62,945 bases of DNA, filler included, from Octopus bimaculoides (GCF_001194135.2; 4 parts of 4 records of this genome joined end to end with filler, not necessarily neighbours in it), one strand, 5' to 3'. Positions 1-12,420 are shown, numbered from the whole stretch's first letter. Notes: generated by a model not told the origin, from the letters alone. Numbers and translations are program-made.

Positions 1-41
1 TATATATATATATATATATATTCTAATATATACATGTATAT

Positions 42-152
42 GAGGCTTCCAGTTTATCCGATCAACGAAACAGCTTGCTCGTGAAATTAACATGCAAGTG
101 GCTGAGCTCTCCACAGACACGTATACCTTTAACGTAGTTCTCAGGGAGATTC
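42..152 (-). mobile_element. Fragment of SINE family C body
   Basis: Nearly the same sequence as 57905-58020 (GATCAACG(G/A)AACA..CTGCTC(G/A)TGAAATTAAC(A/G)TGCAAGTGGCTGAGC..CTCCACAGA) inside the TSD-flanked SINE at 57873-58312. Confidence 0.7.
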
Positions 153-720
153 ATGTATAACCATATACTCATATACAGTTATTATATGTATATGTGAGTC
201 TATATATAGCTATGCGTTTCTATGTATTTCTGTGTTTTTCTCTGCATTAAGTATATAGTTTTGTTCTGATATTTTCGTTCAGACGTTAATAAATCTGTGG
301 TTGTATCATTGTACTTTGATGTCTCATCACCTTTTATTTAGTTTATCATTTTATTACTGCCTCTAGTATATTGTTTCATGTTGTACTAAATTTAGCGCTT
401 ATGAAGGTTAAGTACCCACTAGCATCGCATTAGTCTGAAAATATATACTTCGATGAAATTTAGAGTGATATTTAGTTACCAACCTATCAATAACCAACTC
501 CAGAATCTAGATTCTTATTCTATATTTCTTTACCTTCTTTTACTTTTGATATTATTTCCTATTTTTGTCATTATTTACAATTTCTTCGCTTTTTTTTTCT
601 ATATTTCTTCTGTATAGTTTTTCTCGTGTTTTTTTTTTTTTCCTCTAACAACATAGTGGTATACAGCAGTCAGAATTTGTAAATGATTTATCGAAAATAA
701 TGAATAAAAGTATACTTACG

Positions 721-750
721 CGCGGGCTGTGTGGTAAGAAGCTTGCTTCC
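721..750 (+). mobile_element. 5' half of a tRNA-headed SINE (family B), split by an insertion
   Basis: GGCTGTGTGGTAAGAAGCTTGCTTCC matches the family B head seen at 37163+, 27325-27483, 58441-58905 and 60135-60518. The rest of this SINE resumes at 2694. Confidence 0.65.
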
Positions 751-2693
751 ACGCATGGGTGTGTCAGTGTTTGTTTACACAGAGAGGAGTGAAGACGATG
801 GTGTGGACCTTCGTGTATTATTGAACTAGTGAAGCTCAACTGCAACGTAAGACTTTTGTTTGGGGGATTCAGTGGGGTTTTGTTGTTTGGTGTTTATGTT
901 TTCTTTTCAAGTAAGAAATCCTCACTGGATTCCAGGCATTTGTCTGTCTGCAGTTGGGCATAAGTAGTTCATTTAGCGGTGAGAAGTGTGTTGTTTTTGG
1001 GGCGTGTCCCTCCTCCAAAAATTGTGAACTTTGCTTTTGTGTTCCTGTTACTGTGTTCTTGCTACTATTTGGTTGGCCTGGAGTACTGGTGGCCGGAAGA
1101 TTGTATGCAGTACTTTGGGGGCGTGTCCCACCTCCAAAAATTGTGAAATTTGTTTTACCAATTTTTGTATCAATTTGTTTGTGAAATTTGTGAAGATGTG
1201 TTCTTGTTACTATACCAGTTGACCGGGAATTGCGGCCATGCTGCAGCACCGCCTTTAGTCGAACAAATCAACCGAAGTCGCTGTGTTTGGACTGTTTTCT
1301 TTCCTTCTTCCTTCCTTTTTAGTGGTTTAATTTTTGGACTTTTTTGCGTGAACTTTTCTTCTTCCAAAATATGGCAGAAAAAAAACGAAATCAAAAAGTG
1401 GTTAAAAGACTTGGAGGAAGGGACGGTAGTGTTGAGGTCATATTCAAAGTCAAACGACGAAAAACAAAGAAAAACAAACGATGGAAGAAATGGTGCAGTC
1501 TACAAATCTACGCATATACCAGACCCCACACAAGTAAAAAAATCCCACTCACCCAAATGCGATGCCGGCTCCTACACATACCACCACAAAAAACCCAAAC
1601 CCTGCATACACAAACCCCGACACAAGTACAAATACCCACCGCCTTGTTGGTGCCTGATGGAAAAATATAGCTCCCTCGGACGAGACCATGGAAGTGATCG
1701 AGGGGGAGTGCGCAGTAGTTCGTAAACGAACTCATACAACGTCCCCATCCATTTCCCCCACAAAAACAAACGAGAACAGCCAATTACAAAAAATACCCAC
1801 CCTTTGTCCCCGGTAAAAAAGAAAAAGATGACTGTGACATTATGGTGTTGGTGGAATTTGACACAGACGAAATAATTGTGAACCACCACACCGCCAAGCT
1901 TTTCTCGAAGCACAAAGACTTTCCAAAGAGGTTGCTTGGATAGAAGAAACGTTATTCCAGCAGTTGAAGGAAAGACACGACGGCCATCGGAAGAATTGGG
2001 AAACTCCCGAAGTATTTGGAGAAGGAAACGGAGGGGCTGCCTCACGTGTGATGAGGTCAGCCCCAACGTTGCCCGTGAAGGGAAAGTAGAACTTCTACTT
2101 TTAAGTTGTGACTGCACTTAACCTATCAGGACTAATAGCTTAGCTTTTGTCGAACAATTGTTGTCAGTGATGGGAAGTGTTCAGCTATCAGCTGAGTCTA
2201 TCATCGAGAGTGTACCACCTCCCTTCCATAACAGGGAAAGGAAGGTTTGTTTTATCTGCGTAGTAGCCAAACTGAAACAGTATAGAAGACGCGTGTGAAA
2301 CGTATAGAGACAAGTACCTTTGTCTCTGGCCAGTGGTTGGTTAACGTTTTTAGTTCCCACCTCGGTAGTAAGATCTGGCTGGAGAAGATGTGGTTGTCAC
2401 GAGATATGTTTGTGAAAATATGGAAGCCTGTAGTGAGCAAGCTGGTAAGTGAGGTCGGGTTAAAAAGTAAACGTTCTACCCAGATGGCCGGGTACCTTCC
2501 TCTCAACGCTCCTCATTGCGAAACGTAATGAATTATACTAAATTTTAAATTGTTATTGCATATTTCCTCGATTCATTTTCTCATCCGATTGATTTGACAT
2601 TTTTAAAACGTAAAAGCTTCTTCACCTTTTAAGTTTGTCTGTCCTTGTTTGTTCCCTCTCGTTAATACCTGTATGGCAAATCTATATGAAATA
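751..2693 (+). mobile_element. Internally deleted, degenerate L1/Tx1-like non-LTR retrotransposon (5' UTR, ORF1 remnants, ORF2 C-terminal remnant, 3' UTR)
   Basis: Flanked by a degenerate 15-bp TSD (736-750 AAGAAGCTTGCTTCC; 2694-2708 AAGGAGCTTACCTCT). Broken frames from about 1370 read MAEK..NEIKKWLKDLEEGTVVLRSYS and ..YKKYPPFVPGKKEKDDCDIMVLVEFD... From about 2130-2500 they read AFVEQLLSVMGSVQLSAESII..PPPF..RKVCFICVVAK and FVSGQWLVNVFSSHLGSKIWLEKMWLSRDMFVKIW, which resembles L1/Tx1 ORF2 C-termini. Clade call is by recall only. Confidence 0.5.
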
Positions 2694-2818
2694 AAGGAGC
2701 TTACCTCTAACCACATGATTCTGGAATGAGTGCCACTGCGTATCACCTTGGACAAATGCTTTTTACTATAGCCTCGGGCCGACCAAAGTCTCGTGAGTGG
2801 ATCTGGAAGAAGGAAACT
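2694..2818 (+). mobile_element. 3' continuation of the split family B SINE
   Basis: ..AACCACATG..CCACTGCG..CACCTTGGACAAATG..TACTATAGCCTCGGGCCGACCAAAG..GTGAGTGGAT continues the family B consensus from where 721-750 stops. Confidence 0.7.
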
Positions 2819-3402
2819 ATTTAAAGGTGGATGTTGCGCTGGAACACACAAATACTGCAATATTCACCACGAGAGAAAATTTATCAAGTCCTTACCTTGC
2901 ACATATAAGTACACGGTGGCTATAGCCAACGGCAGATAATCACTACTATTTCCGCAGTTCGGACAACCAGTTTACGTGATTTCGGTGTTATTTCAACCTA
3001 TCAATGATAGCCATGGGCTTTCACACTCACTCACACACACACACACTCACACACACCTTACATACATACATACATATATACAGGCATTCATACACGCATG
3101 CTGTTCTAATTACCAAAATGTAAAACCACGTTCTGGTATTGCATTCAAATGGCGATTCACCTACTGCAGAAGAGTGAAATAGCTATAATGATGAAACGTG
3201 CGTAGTTTACAGAATGGTTTAAATTAAGTGTTCTTTTCATCATAATTTTTATAGTAGGTGGTTTCTATACCAACACCGGTAAGTCTATCAAATAGTGTAG
3301 AAACAACACCACATAAGTGAACGTAGAATGGCTGATGATACAAAATGTGGACCTCTAAATTCACCGGTAAAGACCACTCAGCCATATTTGCGCCGCAACT
3401 GT

Positions 3403-3440
<38 letters not shown>

Positions 3441-4959
3441 ACACCATATATATATGCATACACACGCACACACTCATATGTACTTATAAGTGTGTGTGTG
3501 TGTGTGCGTCTGTGTGTGTACCTCTTACGCTCCACTCAATTCAGTGTCTCTGAATCTAAATATTTGGCCAAAGATCAAGAGATCAAGTGACAGCATGTTT
3601 CTAACTAAAATGCTGCCAATGTTCTAATAAATCTCAAAGCTATCATTCATCGTTGGTAATTAAACGTATATCAAAATGCTATAAATGTCGCTCTCATACA
3701 TTTCTTTGAACTGTGTATAAATGAAGAGATGTTTTAAACAAATTGATTACTTTAGCTTAAATTACGCAGATAAATTAAATGAACACGAAACCATAAACAT
3801 ATAAATTACTGACTCAACATTGGTTATTGAAAGTTTTTTTTTTCGGTATCTTTTTCGTTTTAATAATGTTTCCAGACATTAATCTATTTTAGTTGTTACT
3901 AGAATCGTAAAATACGCCAAACTATCAAAAACCTATATTTAGGTATGTGTGTCTTTGTGTAAAACTGAAGTTAAATGAAATTGGGTAACCAGAACAGAAA
4001 GGCCAGAAAATAGAAAAAAATATGTGTTAAAAGCTTTTCCTTCATAGAGTTGTGAAGAGGATGAGAGATTGTACAAAAATATCTCTTTAACATAAAGAAA
4101 AAATAAACGGAGAATTGTAGAAAAAATTATATCGAAAATCAAAGAAGGAATTTGCTGGTTTTAAATAGAATTGCAGGAAAATTATTGAAAGGAAAGAACA
4201 AACACGAGTCACAATGCCGCTAGGCTGTTTTTGTTGTTCCAACGAAGAAAATATTTCCTTTCAATCTAAAATATTTCACAAAATGTATCGTAATATTTTT
4301 GCACATATAATGCATTTCCTTTCGTAATGGTTGTGATTTTCATATACATCCGAACTGAAGAGTAATTGTAGAAAAAGGGAAACATGTATATAGGCAAAAT
4401 TAATGTATATACAAATTGCGTATACATGTGTGTGTGCACGTGTTTGTGTGTAAACACATACACACAAACACACATACACGGGCTCACATATGTGTATCTA
4501 TATATATATATATATGCATATACATATATGTATACAGTAGCCACTCCCATCTTTACGTACGTATATGTATGTGTGTATATATGTATGTATACATATATAC
4601 ACTTTAATACTTATATAATTACTATTTTGGGCACAGTTATTTTTTCAACTGACATTTTCCATTAAAATGAATTAGATTCAAAACAACGTTGATCATTATG
4701 TGTAATAAAAGAACAATATTTACATTAATGAGAATGTGTGCAATGTGTGTCTGAGTGTTGCCCTAATAATATGGTTTTAAATTATCAGGTAAGATAACAA
4801 TTTCCAAACTATGCATGTGAATACAGATCTGTAGTGTACTCTAGTTAACTGAGTTGTCACCAAGCGAATGAAACTAAAATAATCTAGGTCAAATATGATA
4901 ATATTGAGACTGTTATTTTACAACATCAACAAGATCCTCAACAACATAAGCAAAAACAG

Positions 4960-5470
4960 CAGCACTGAAAGGCAAATACCTTCTGAAGTTTTGACTTCAG
5001 AAGACACAGAAGATGTTAGAACACTGAAGTCCGGATATAGTAAACTTTAGGAGAGACAAACAAGAGTGCCTAGCAATTAAAGTAGCAGTTCCAGGTCATC
5101 ACATCACGAAGGAAAGGAAAAGGATTGACAAATATGTAAACCTGAGAATTAAGATAACCAAAATCTCAAAACCTGACAGCTTCGAGAGTCAACCTTTATG
5201 GTTGTCCTTCTTGTCATCGGAGCATTGGGTTCAATACCACCCAAGATGAAGAAAGATTTGGAGACTTTGGAAATACCCTCCAATTTGATGTATTTACTGG
5301 GAACTGCATGATTATTGCGTAAAAACTGTCTTTCTGAGGTCCTTGTGTCTTGACAGACAAGTGAAAACCTACGGCACTCAGAATATCTTCAATCTACAGC
5401 ATTACAATATTGAATATTATGCCAAGTCTTCAATAATAATAACATCAACAACAACCATAATAGCAAAAGC
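4960..5470 (+). mobile_element. R4/Dong-like (RLE) non-LTR retrotransposon 3' fragment
   Basis: Broken frame reads ..KMLEH*SPDIVNFRRDKQECLAIKVAVPGHHITKERKRIDKY.. and VVLLVIGALGSIP..LLGTA*LLRK. This is the PD..D restriction-like endonuclease and C-terminal motif of R4-type elements. It ends in an AAT/AAC-rich tail. Confidence 0.75.
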
Positions 5471-5489
5471 AACACTAATAATATCAAAA

Positions 5490-6436
5490 TGAGGAGTGGT
5501 GGAGCCAGATGCCCCTGTATCGACAGTATATTCTTTGAAGTCGAATACTGGTGTGAACCAAACAACAACCTACCAGTGGCTGAGAATTTGAGGACTAAAA
5601 GCAAAGACTAAAGGTTTCATATTCGCGGCACAAGACAAAAGCGTGCTTACCAGAAACGACCAGGCTAAAATTCTTCCAAATGGTTCTGACCATAAATGTA
5701 GTTTCTGCGTCACATTTGATGAAACAATAAACCATGTCGTTTCGGAATGTCCTTTGCTAGCACCAAACGAAGACAAAATCTCCATGATAGAGTAGGCCAT
5801 TATTTACATTAGAAAATATATAAACACTACAAAATCGGCACTCCCCCTTACTGGTATGATCATCATCTTGAGTCGGTCGCTGAAGGTATAAATATCGCCA
5901 TCCTCTGGGGTTTTCCAGTCAACACAGAACGATCCCAGGATGATCGACCAGACAATTATTAAAGACATGGAAGAAAATACTTGTCGGCTAATAGATATAA
6001 GCGTTCCCACTAATAAAATTATATCTGTAAAGGAATTTGTCAAATTAAGTACATAAAAGGACATGAATACTGAAATACAAAATATGCTGAATCTTAAAGA
6101 ACTGTTCCTGTTATTGTAATGATAAAAATGTTATGATAAAAATGGATGTCTGAAACATCTTGACAACATCCCAGGAGAACCATGTATCAGAGAAATTCAA
6201 AAGATTGTGCTAACAAGTACTGCCCACATCTTTAGAAAAACCCTATCAATTTAAATATCTATGCTGTATTATATGAATATATTTAGCTACTGCCCATGGC
6301 ACTTCAATTCCCAAGGTTTTCAGTCATCACTTATCATTCACTTGTCCAATGATGATGGGTGTGTTCACAAGCGATTGTAACAAACATGCAGATTAAATGG
6401 TAAATAATAACACTAAATCTAATAATAATAAAAATA

Positions 6437-6490
<54 letters not shown>
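5490..6490 (+). mobile_element. R4/Dong-like retrotransposon 3' fragment with CCHC zinc knuckle, RLE and (AAT)n tail
   Basis: Reads TYQWLRI*GLKAKTKGFIFAAQD..KCSFCVTFDETINHVVSEC..HDRVGHYLH..ILWGFPVNT..RPD..CRLIDISVP..IQKIVLTSTAHIFRKTLSI* (with stops and frameshifts), followed by (AAT)n at about 6418-6490. Confidence 0.85.
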
Positions 6491-6494
<4 letters not shown>

Positions 6495-6899
6495 ATGTGC
6501 TTGTCAGTTGTTTGACCACAACCAGTTGAGCATGTCCCTTGGTGACTGACGATATGTGCGAGTCTGATCACGAGCAGATGTAGCGTGGAACATCATAGCT
6601 TGGCCGAAGAGGAAGGTTTCTGTTTTCAGACCTTTCGATCTCGTTCATTATAAACTTCTCTCTCTAGAGCCAACAGACAGAAGAAAACTGCCTGCGCTTC
6701 ACGGCCAAAAGGATGTGGATGGGTGATCGTCATGATGGAGTCAGCCGATACCCGGATCTGTCCTGCACACGACAACAGCTATTCGGCAAAGTACAACAGG
6801 TTAGCAATGCCCGGACAATGGACGAGTGCATGCAAAATGATACCATCACCCTGCTAATAATTCAGGCAGGTCCGTCTGACAGTACTTCCGTACCTGTCT

Positions 6900-8950
6900 C
6901 AAACCGGCAGAGATTGCTAATAGCAATACCAGGCTAGGGATTTCTGGAATTCATATGCCACTGCCCAAAATTTCGCTGGAAAGTACTATCTATTGGAGCA
7001 CTCCCGATGCGTAGTTATTCTCCCAGGACATCATGCACTTGCCCGTCACTATACTCCAATATAGATCCTCCACATGCTGTATTGCCCGACTGGCTTAGAG
7101 CTATGACCGCTTGCCGAAACTCCAAGTGCCAAGTTCTCTTCCTAGGTATGCACTTCATGCAGGATTATAGCTCCACCAATGAGACGAGGTACGGAAAATC
7201 CTACCTCGCAAACCGAATTCACACCTGTTCACATTTAAAGAAACGCCGGAGATGTCGCAACTACAGTCTTTCTTTCATGGAGCGTAGAGATCGCAATGAT
7301 CTTTTCCAGATTCACATCTCAAGATAATTCGTTAGTTAAACAAGTAAGATAAATGCAGCTATAACAACCATTTTGAGTGAACATGAAGCAGTGTTTACCT
7401 CCCTGAATAAGCTACTTCATACTGCAGCATCAATCACCACTGAACCGTGTAGAATGCAAGCGAAGAGAAAGACTCAACAAATAAACACTAAACTAGAACG
7501 GAGAAGAAGAATTAGAAATGAAATACGATAAATAGCTCTGATATTTAAACACTCAAGAACATCAACCGCAAAAAAATGTATGCAAATCAAAGAAGTTGAA
7601 CAAAAAATATGAGATAAAATTAATATGGGAAATCGGAGAAGCAGCATAAAACAAAATCACGAATTATCTAAACCAAAACAGTACGGATAATTCATCTGTG
7701 GTAAACTCAATTATTAAACCTGAAAACAAGATTAATTAAATGATTTACAACTCTTTGTAAAATGATAACGTCCATCATTAAAGAATACGTCTACAGTTGT
7801 CATGATGGATAATAAACTATTCCACGGTGAATGAAAAGGCAGTAAACGTCGCTAGTACAGTTCAAAATAGCGTCTTTTCATCAATGTCGGTGAACGCTGG
7901 TGATAGCGTAATTTGCTGCGCTTTAAAGTGGATCTCCTTCACCACTACCCATTTGATTGGCTCAAATTTTCCCTAAGTAAGTTGCTGAACAATACAAAAC
8001 ATTGATGCAGAGTATACAACAAACGAATTAATAAGCTCCTTTCCAGAGTTGTCTAAAGCTTCTCACAAAAGATGAAGAAATGAAACCACTTTTACCGGTA
8101 GTAAAATAGTTCAGTGTATATAATGGAATGGAGTTCAGCAGAGACAACGGTGCTAAATCCACATTCTCCCAAGTAAAGTCTGTTGCAAATGAACAACTTA
8201 CAAGCAGAAACGTTGGCCATCAACAAAGAATTAGATCTTGAAAGCAATTACAAGTATTGAGGTGTATGTGAACGGGATAGCCTCCAGTACACACGAACGC
8301 ATGAAAACTTTAGGAAAGAATATTATCAGAAAATAATAATTATTCTAAAGTGTCAACCTAATAAGAGGAATAGGACCGGACCGATGCAATCAAAACCTTT
8401 GTTATACATGAGGGATCAATAGCTTTAACATTAGAAAACTGTCCTTCAGTGTTATCAGTAAAACTGATAAAGTAAGCAAAGTAGATGTCGATAGAGTAGA
8501 CGCGAATGGATGGAGGACGTGGACTGATATAGCTGCAATTATCTTTAAAGTTTGCAAGTATAGGTTTTTACACCTATCTAATGGACATTGATGCGTGTAA
8601 GCTTAAACTTATCTGCAAATATGAAAGTACCGAAAATATGTACTCGATAGTAGAAGAAGCAACGCATTAAAGCAACGGGACATCGTGTCAAGAGCAGCTG
8701 AAAGAAATTAAATCTCGTGTGTTAGGAAAACTCAAATAAAAACACAAGTAAAATGAAATAGTTGCGAAATAGAATTAAAAAATGGCATAGATTTGCATGG
8801 ACAAATGAACCTGTTTGTTGATGCCAGTATGAACCATCTGCCTCCAGATCTAAATCTAAAAGAAAGAGTTTCATTATAGCAGTTCAGGTTTAATGTCTGC
8901 CCACCAGAATCTATCAAACATTGTCGAAAATGGATCGATCCTGCCTCACC
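6900..8950 (+). mobile_element. Highly degenerate R4/Dong-like element (N-terminal region and RT remnants)
   Basis: Remnant peptides include SLNKLLHTAASITT..LERRRRIRNEIR, LSKLLNNTK..RVYNKRIN, KDEEMKPLLPVVK*FS..GMEFSRD, LHGQ and FIIAVQ, in the order expected for R4-type ORFs. Many stops; boundaries approximate. Confidence 0.55.
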
Positions 8951-9684
8951 TTTTGAGGTGCAACGAGAGAAAACATTGATGTGTCGTTGGTTTTCTTGTT
9001 CATTTTGTGACAGTGATTGTTTTATTGCTGGCTTTGTTAAAATGTTACTAATACTGTTTGTCTTGGAATCTCCTTGTTGTCAACATTACTGTTGCTGTTG
9101 TTGTTCTTGTTGATAAATGGTCGCTTCGATAATTTCTTTGTTTGAATTTTTCATTTTCATTTCCTCTTTAAATTTGTTGCTCTTCATGTCGTATTTATTG
9201 CTGGTGGTATTAGCTTCAAGATTTCATTTGTTAAAATATTCCATTTTCTCTCTCTCTTCAAATCTGCTGTTGCTGTACTTTATGATTTCATCTGTTTTCT
9301 CATCATCAAATTAACGCGTCCAACTCACGCACGTCCCTCTGTTACAGTCTTTCGCGTCCTTCTGGTATCGTTCATCGATTTCGTTCTTTCTCTCATTAAC
9401 GAGTTTCAACATGTTTACTGATTTTTTTCATGGAGGGAGAAAACGAAATTTCCATTACAGAAAAAAAAAAAAATCGATATCTCCACAAAATTGGCGAGAA
9501 ACGTACGAAACTAAGCTAACCAGTTGGTGGCAAGCAATACGACTTCCACTATGACACTAATTTCAAATTCAATTGCAACAGTTTCCCCTGATTTATACCG
9601 GTTTTTTTGTTTTTTTTTGTAGAGAGCGCGGATATCAAGCTTGTATTTCTCAGATGACAGCTGACGAATATCTTTCTCTATTTT

Positions 9685-9855
9685 AGGTACAAGTCTGGTA
9701 ATTTGGGATCGATTGCATCCTAAACTTGACTGGTACACCGAAAAGGTGAAAAGCAGTGTCGACCTTTGAAGCATTTGAAAACAGAATGTAAAGACAAAAC
9801 CAACCGCCGCTAAGTATTTTGTTGCGAATGTTAACGATTCTTCCACCTCACCGTA
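9685..9855 (-). mobile_element. tRNA-headed SINE family A, diverged
   Basis: Reverse complement of the family A consensus (..CTGGTAC..GAAAGG.TGAAA..GTCGACC..ATTTGAA..CAGAA.GTAAAGAC..CGCTAAG.ATTTT..TAACGATTCT.CCA.CTCACCG). Confidence 0.7.
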
Positions 9856-9863
9856 ATAATAAT

Positions 9864-9912
<49 letters not shown>

Positions 9913-10078
9913 TTTTCTATTTCTATTATTCGCACGAGGCCATAGATATTAGGAGAGGAGGGTAGTCGATAACATCGATTCCAGTAATGGAGTGGTACTT
10001 TTCTCATTCGACCCTGAAAAAAAGGAAAAGCAAGTCGGCCATCGCAGGATGATGATGATGATGATGATGATGGTGATG

Positions 10079-10120
<42 letters not shown>

Positions 10121-11926
10121 GGTCATTTCATTGGACAAAAATGGCACTGGATATGGAGGACAATATCAAAGGACGAAATATAACCGAAGATGTGTGTTTC
10201 ACATTGATCTATCTTTATATGCAAAAAAGAAAAAAAAAGAAAAAAAAAACGATACCAATATTGAAATCGAAAAAAAGAACTAATCACTAAATAAACACAA
10301 ACTCCAAAACTCCAAAGTCGTAGCAATTCACTGACGGCGATAGGGAAACAATCCGTACACAAAATGAAGCCGAATAATCTGTTGTCTTTAAGGTACCGGA
10401 GATACCTTCAAACAGTTTCTTTCCTCTTACATAGAAAAGCCTACTCAGCGTAGCCCCTTTCAACATGACGAATCTTGCCTTCCTCGTCGACATTTCGCTA
10501 AAAATCACACATATATATATATTAAATAATAATTAATCATTGCTATAGAGTAAATTTTTAATAATATTTAGATGGGAATTCTAAATGTTTGTACAAAATC
10601 TCTTGCATAAACACAAGGCACATATTTACTCTAATATTCTTTGATATAACGTTTCGAAATTACAAGTATGTTTACACAAGTCGAGTCTTTTACTCGATTT
10701 ATTCAATGGAAACACTACACACAGCTTAAATTTGTAAAAGCCTAGGAGTCACCTGATTTACGCAAGTTTTTCACTCACACGTGGATATGTACATATGCGT
10801 ATAAGAGTGTGTTAGTGTGCGTATGTGTTTGTCCATTTGTGTCTGTGTGTCCAGAACGTATGGAGGCTCATTGTTCTAAAATGCGAAAAAACTTTCGATT
10901 TATAATTAAACATTGATGTCTAGAATTCGTCTATCACTTATGTAAATGTAGGAAATTATGATACTGAGAAACTAATTGCAATTATGCGATACTCTTTCTT
11001 CAATTTAAACGGACGCAAACATAATCCTGACAGTTAACCTCTTATCTCTTGTTCAACTGTCATCATGTTAAAATATTCCATTAACGTAAGAGATATTTTT
11101 GGTATATCACAATGTAGAATATTCCATTTACTAGACTCTCAAGGTTGTATGTATCTTCTTCGTTACTTTCTCCGTCATGTCACTACAACACTGAACAGAA
11201 ATGCAGTTGTCAAGTCAAAATTACAAAATGCAGAAATACATAGCCTGTGGCCGCATTTCTTTCTTTTTTATTTAGAATTTCTCTACTGCAGCAAATGGAA
11301 TAACTGCATGCATTGTAATCCAACATTTTCTAAGTTGCTGACATTTCTACTATTTATATAATTGGAACTGATTATATTATTTTATCATTCACATAAAATA
11401 TATTCTTTTTTTTTATATATATTTAAAAGTACCATTCAACATTGTTAACATATATCATCATTATGAACATCATCATTTTAAAGTTCACATTTCAATACTG
11501 GATTTCAGTAAATGGATATGACTACTATATTTTATTTTCCATACATCTTCATCTTATATTATATCATCAGGAATTCCAGATCTATGTATTTTGAACAAAA
11601 CATTATTTTTTGTAGCCTATGTACCCCACCCCTCACTATAAAGTTTGAAAAGTCTTCTCTCTTAGCTTCAGTTTACATCTACATTCACTAGTCATGTAAA
11701 TTTACTTAAACTATCTGAGTGCTCAATGTGTGTATGTATATACATTTCAGGATAGTAACTTTCACTCTTGCCAAATAAACACACGCACCACATGTTCGTT
11801 TTCCACTAGTTTATTATTGTTATTATTTTATCTTATGTCAATTGTCTGAAAATCTCTCGACTCACATTCGTGATCTCTTCAGTGACTCTTCCAAGGACGC
11901 ACAGCCTGCTGTTCTGTTTAGACCAT

Positions 11927-11969
<43 letters not shown>

Positions 11970-12269
11970 AAAGAATCACTTCGATCCTGAATGACTATGG
12001 AATTACACCTAGAAATTTACGCTCAAAGGCACGAGTCCGGGCAAGTTTGTTCATGGAAGGCCATCAGTCACCCATGCACACCAGTCTCCTCCCTCCATGA
12101 TGATTTTAGCCAAAGGATAGGCAAAAGCCGATACAGCTTGGCACCAGTGACTTCGCAAATCATTTCTACTGCTGAGTGAGCTGGAGCAACGTGAAATAAT
12201 AAAGTGTGTTGCTCAAGATATGTATACATATGAGTGCGTGTGTGTATGACCTTATTTATGCTACTTTCT

Positions 12270-12420
12270 CTTTGAACTTTCCCCTTTCCGACGAAGAACT
12301 ATGCTCGAGGCGTTAACAACTCGCTTCTTTCACTGAACGTCAAATTTAATTATTGCTTGCGCACATCCTGAAGCTCTTTTTGTTTTTTTTTTCTACTATG
12401 TTTTTAATTGTTGGTTCTAT
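12270..12420 (+). repeat. Short repeat with degenerate hammerhead-like motif (Penelope pLTR-like)
   Basis: CTTT-CCGACGA-A-GAAC-TAT-GCTC-GAG-GCGT-T at 12284-12314 is related to the better-preserved motifs at 25308 and 27209. Confidence 0.4.

Noticed and set aside
1150-2117. ORFs of 191 aa (+) and 181 aa (-) as host genes
   Set aside because: They lie inside the TSD-flanked LINE derivative and shift frames like decayed ORF1 or its antisense.
9000-9420. E/K/N-rich minus-strand stretch that looks coding
   Set aside because: Stops occur in all three frames and there are no convincing splice sites; unclassified remnant.
9511-9846. 111-aa minus-strand ORF
   Set aside because: About half overlaps a family A SINE; no recognisable domain or splice pattern.
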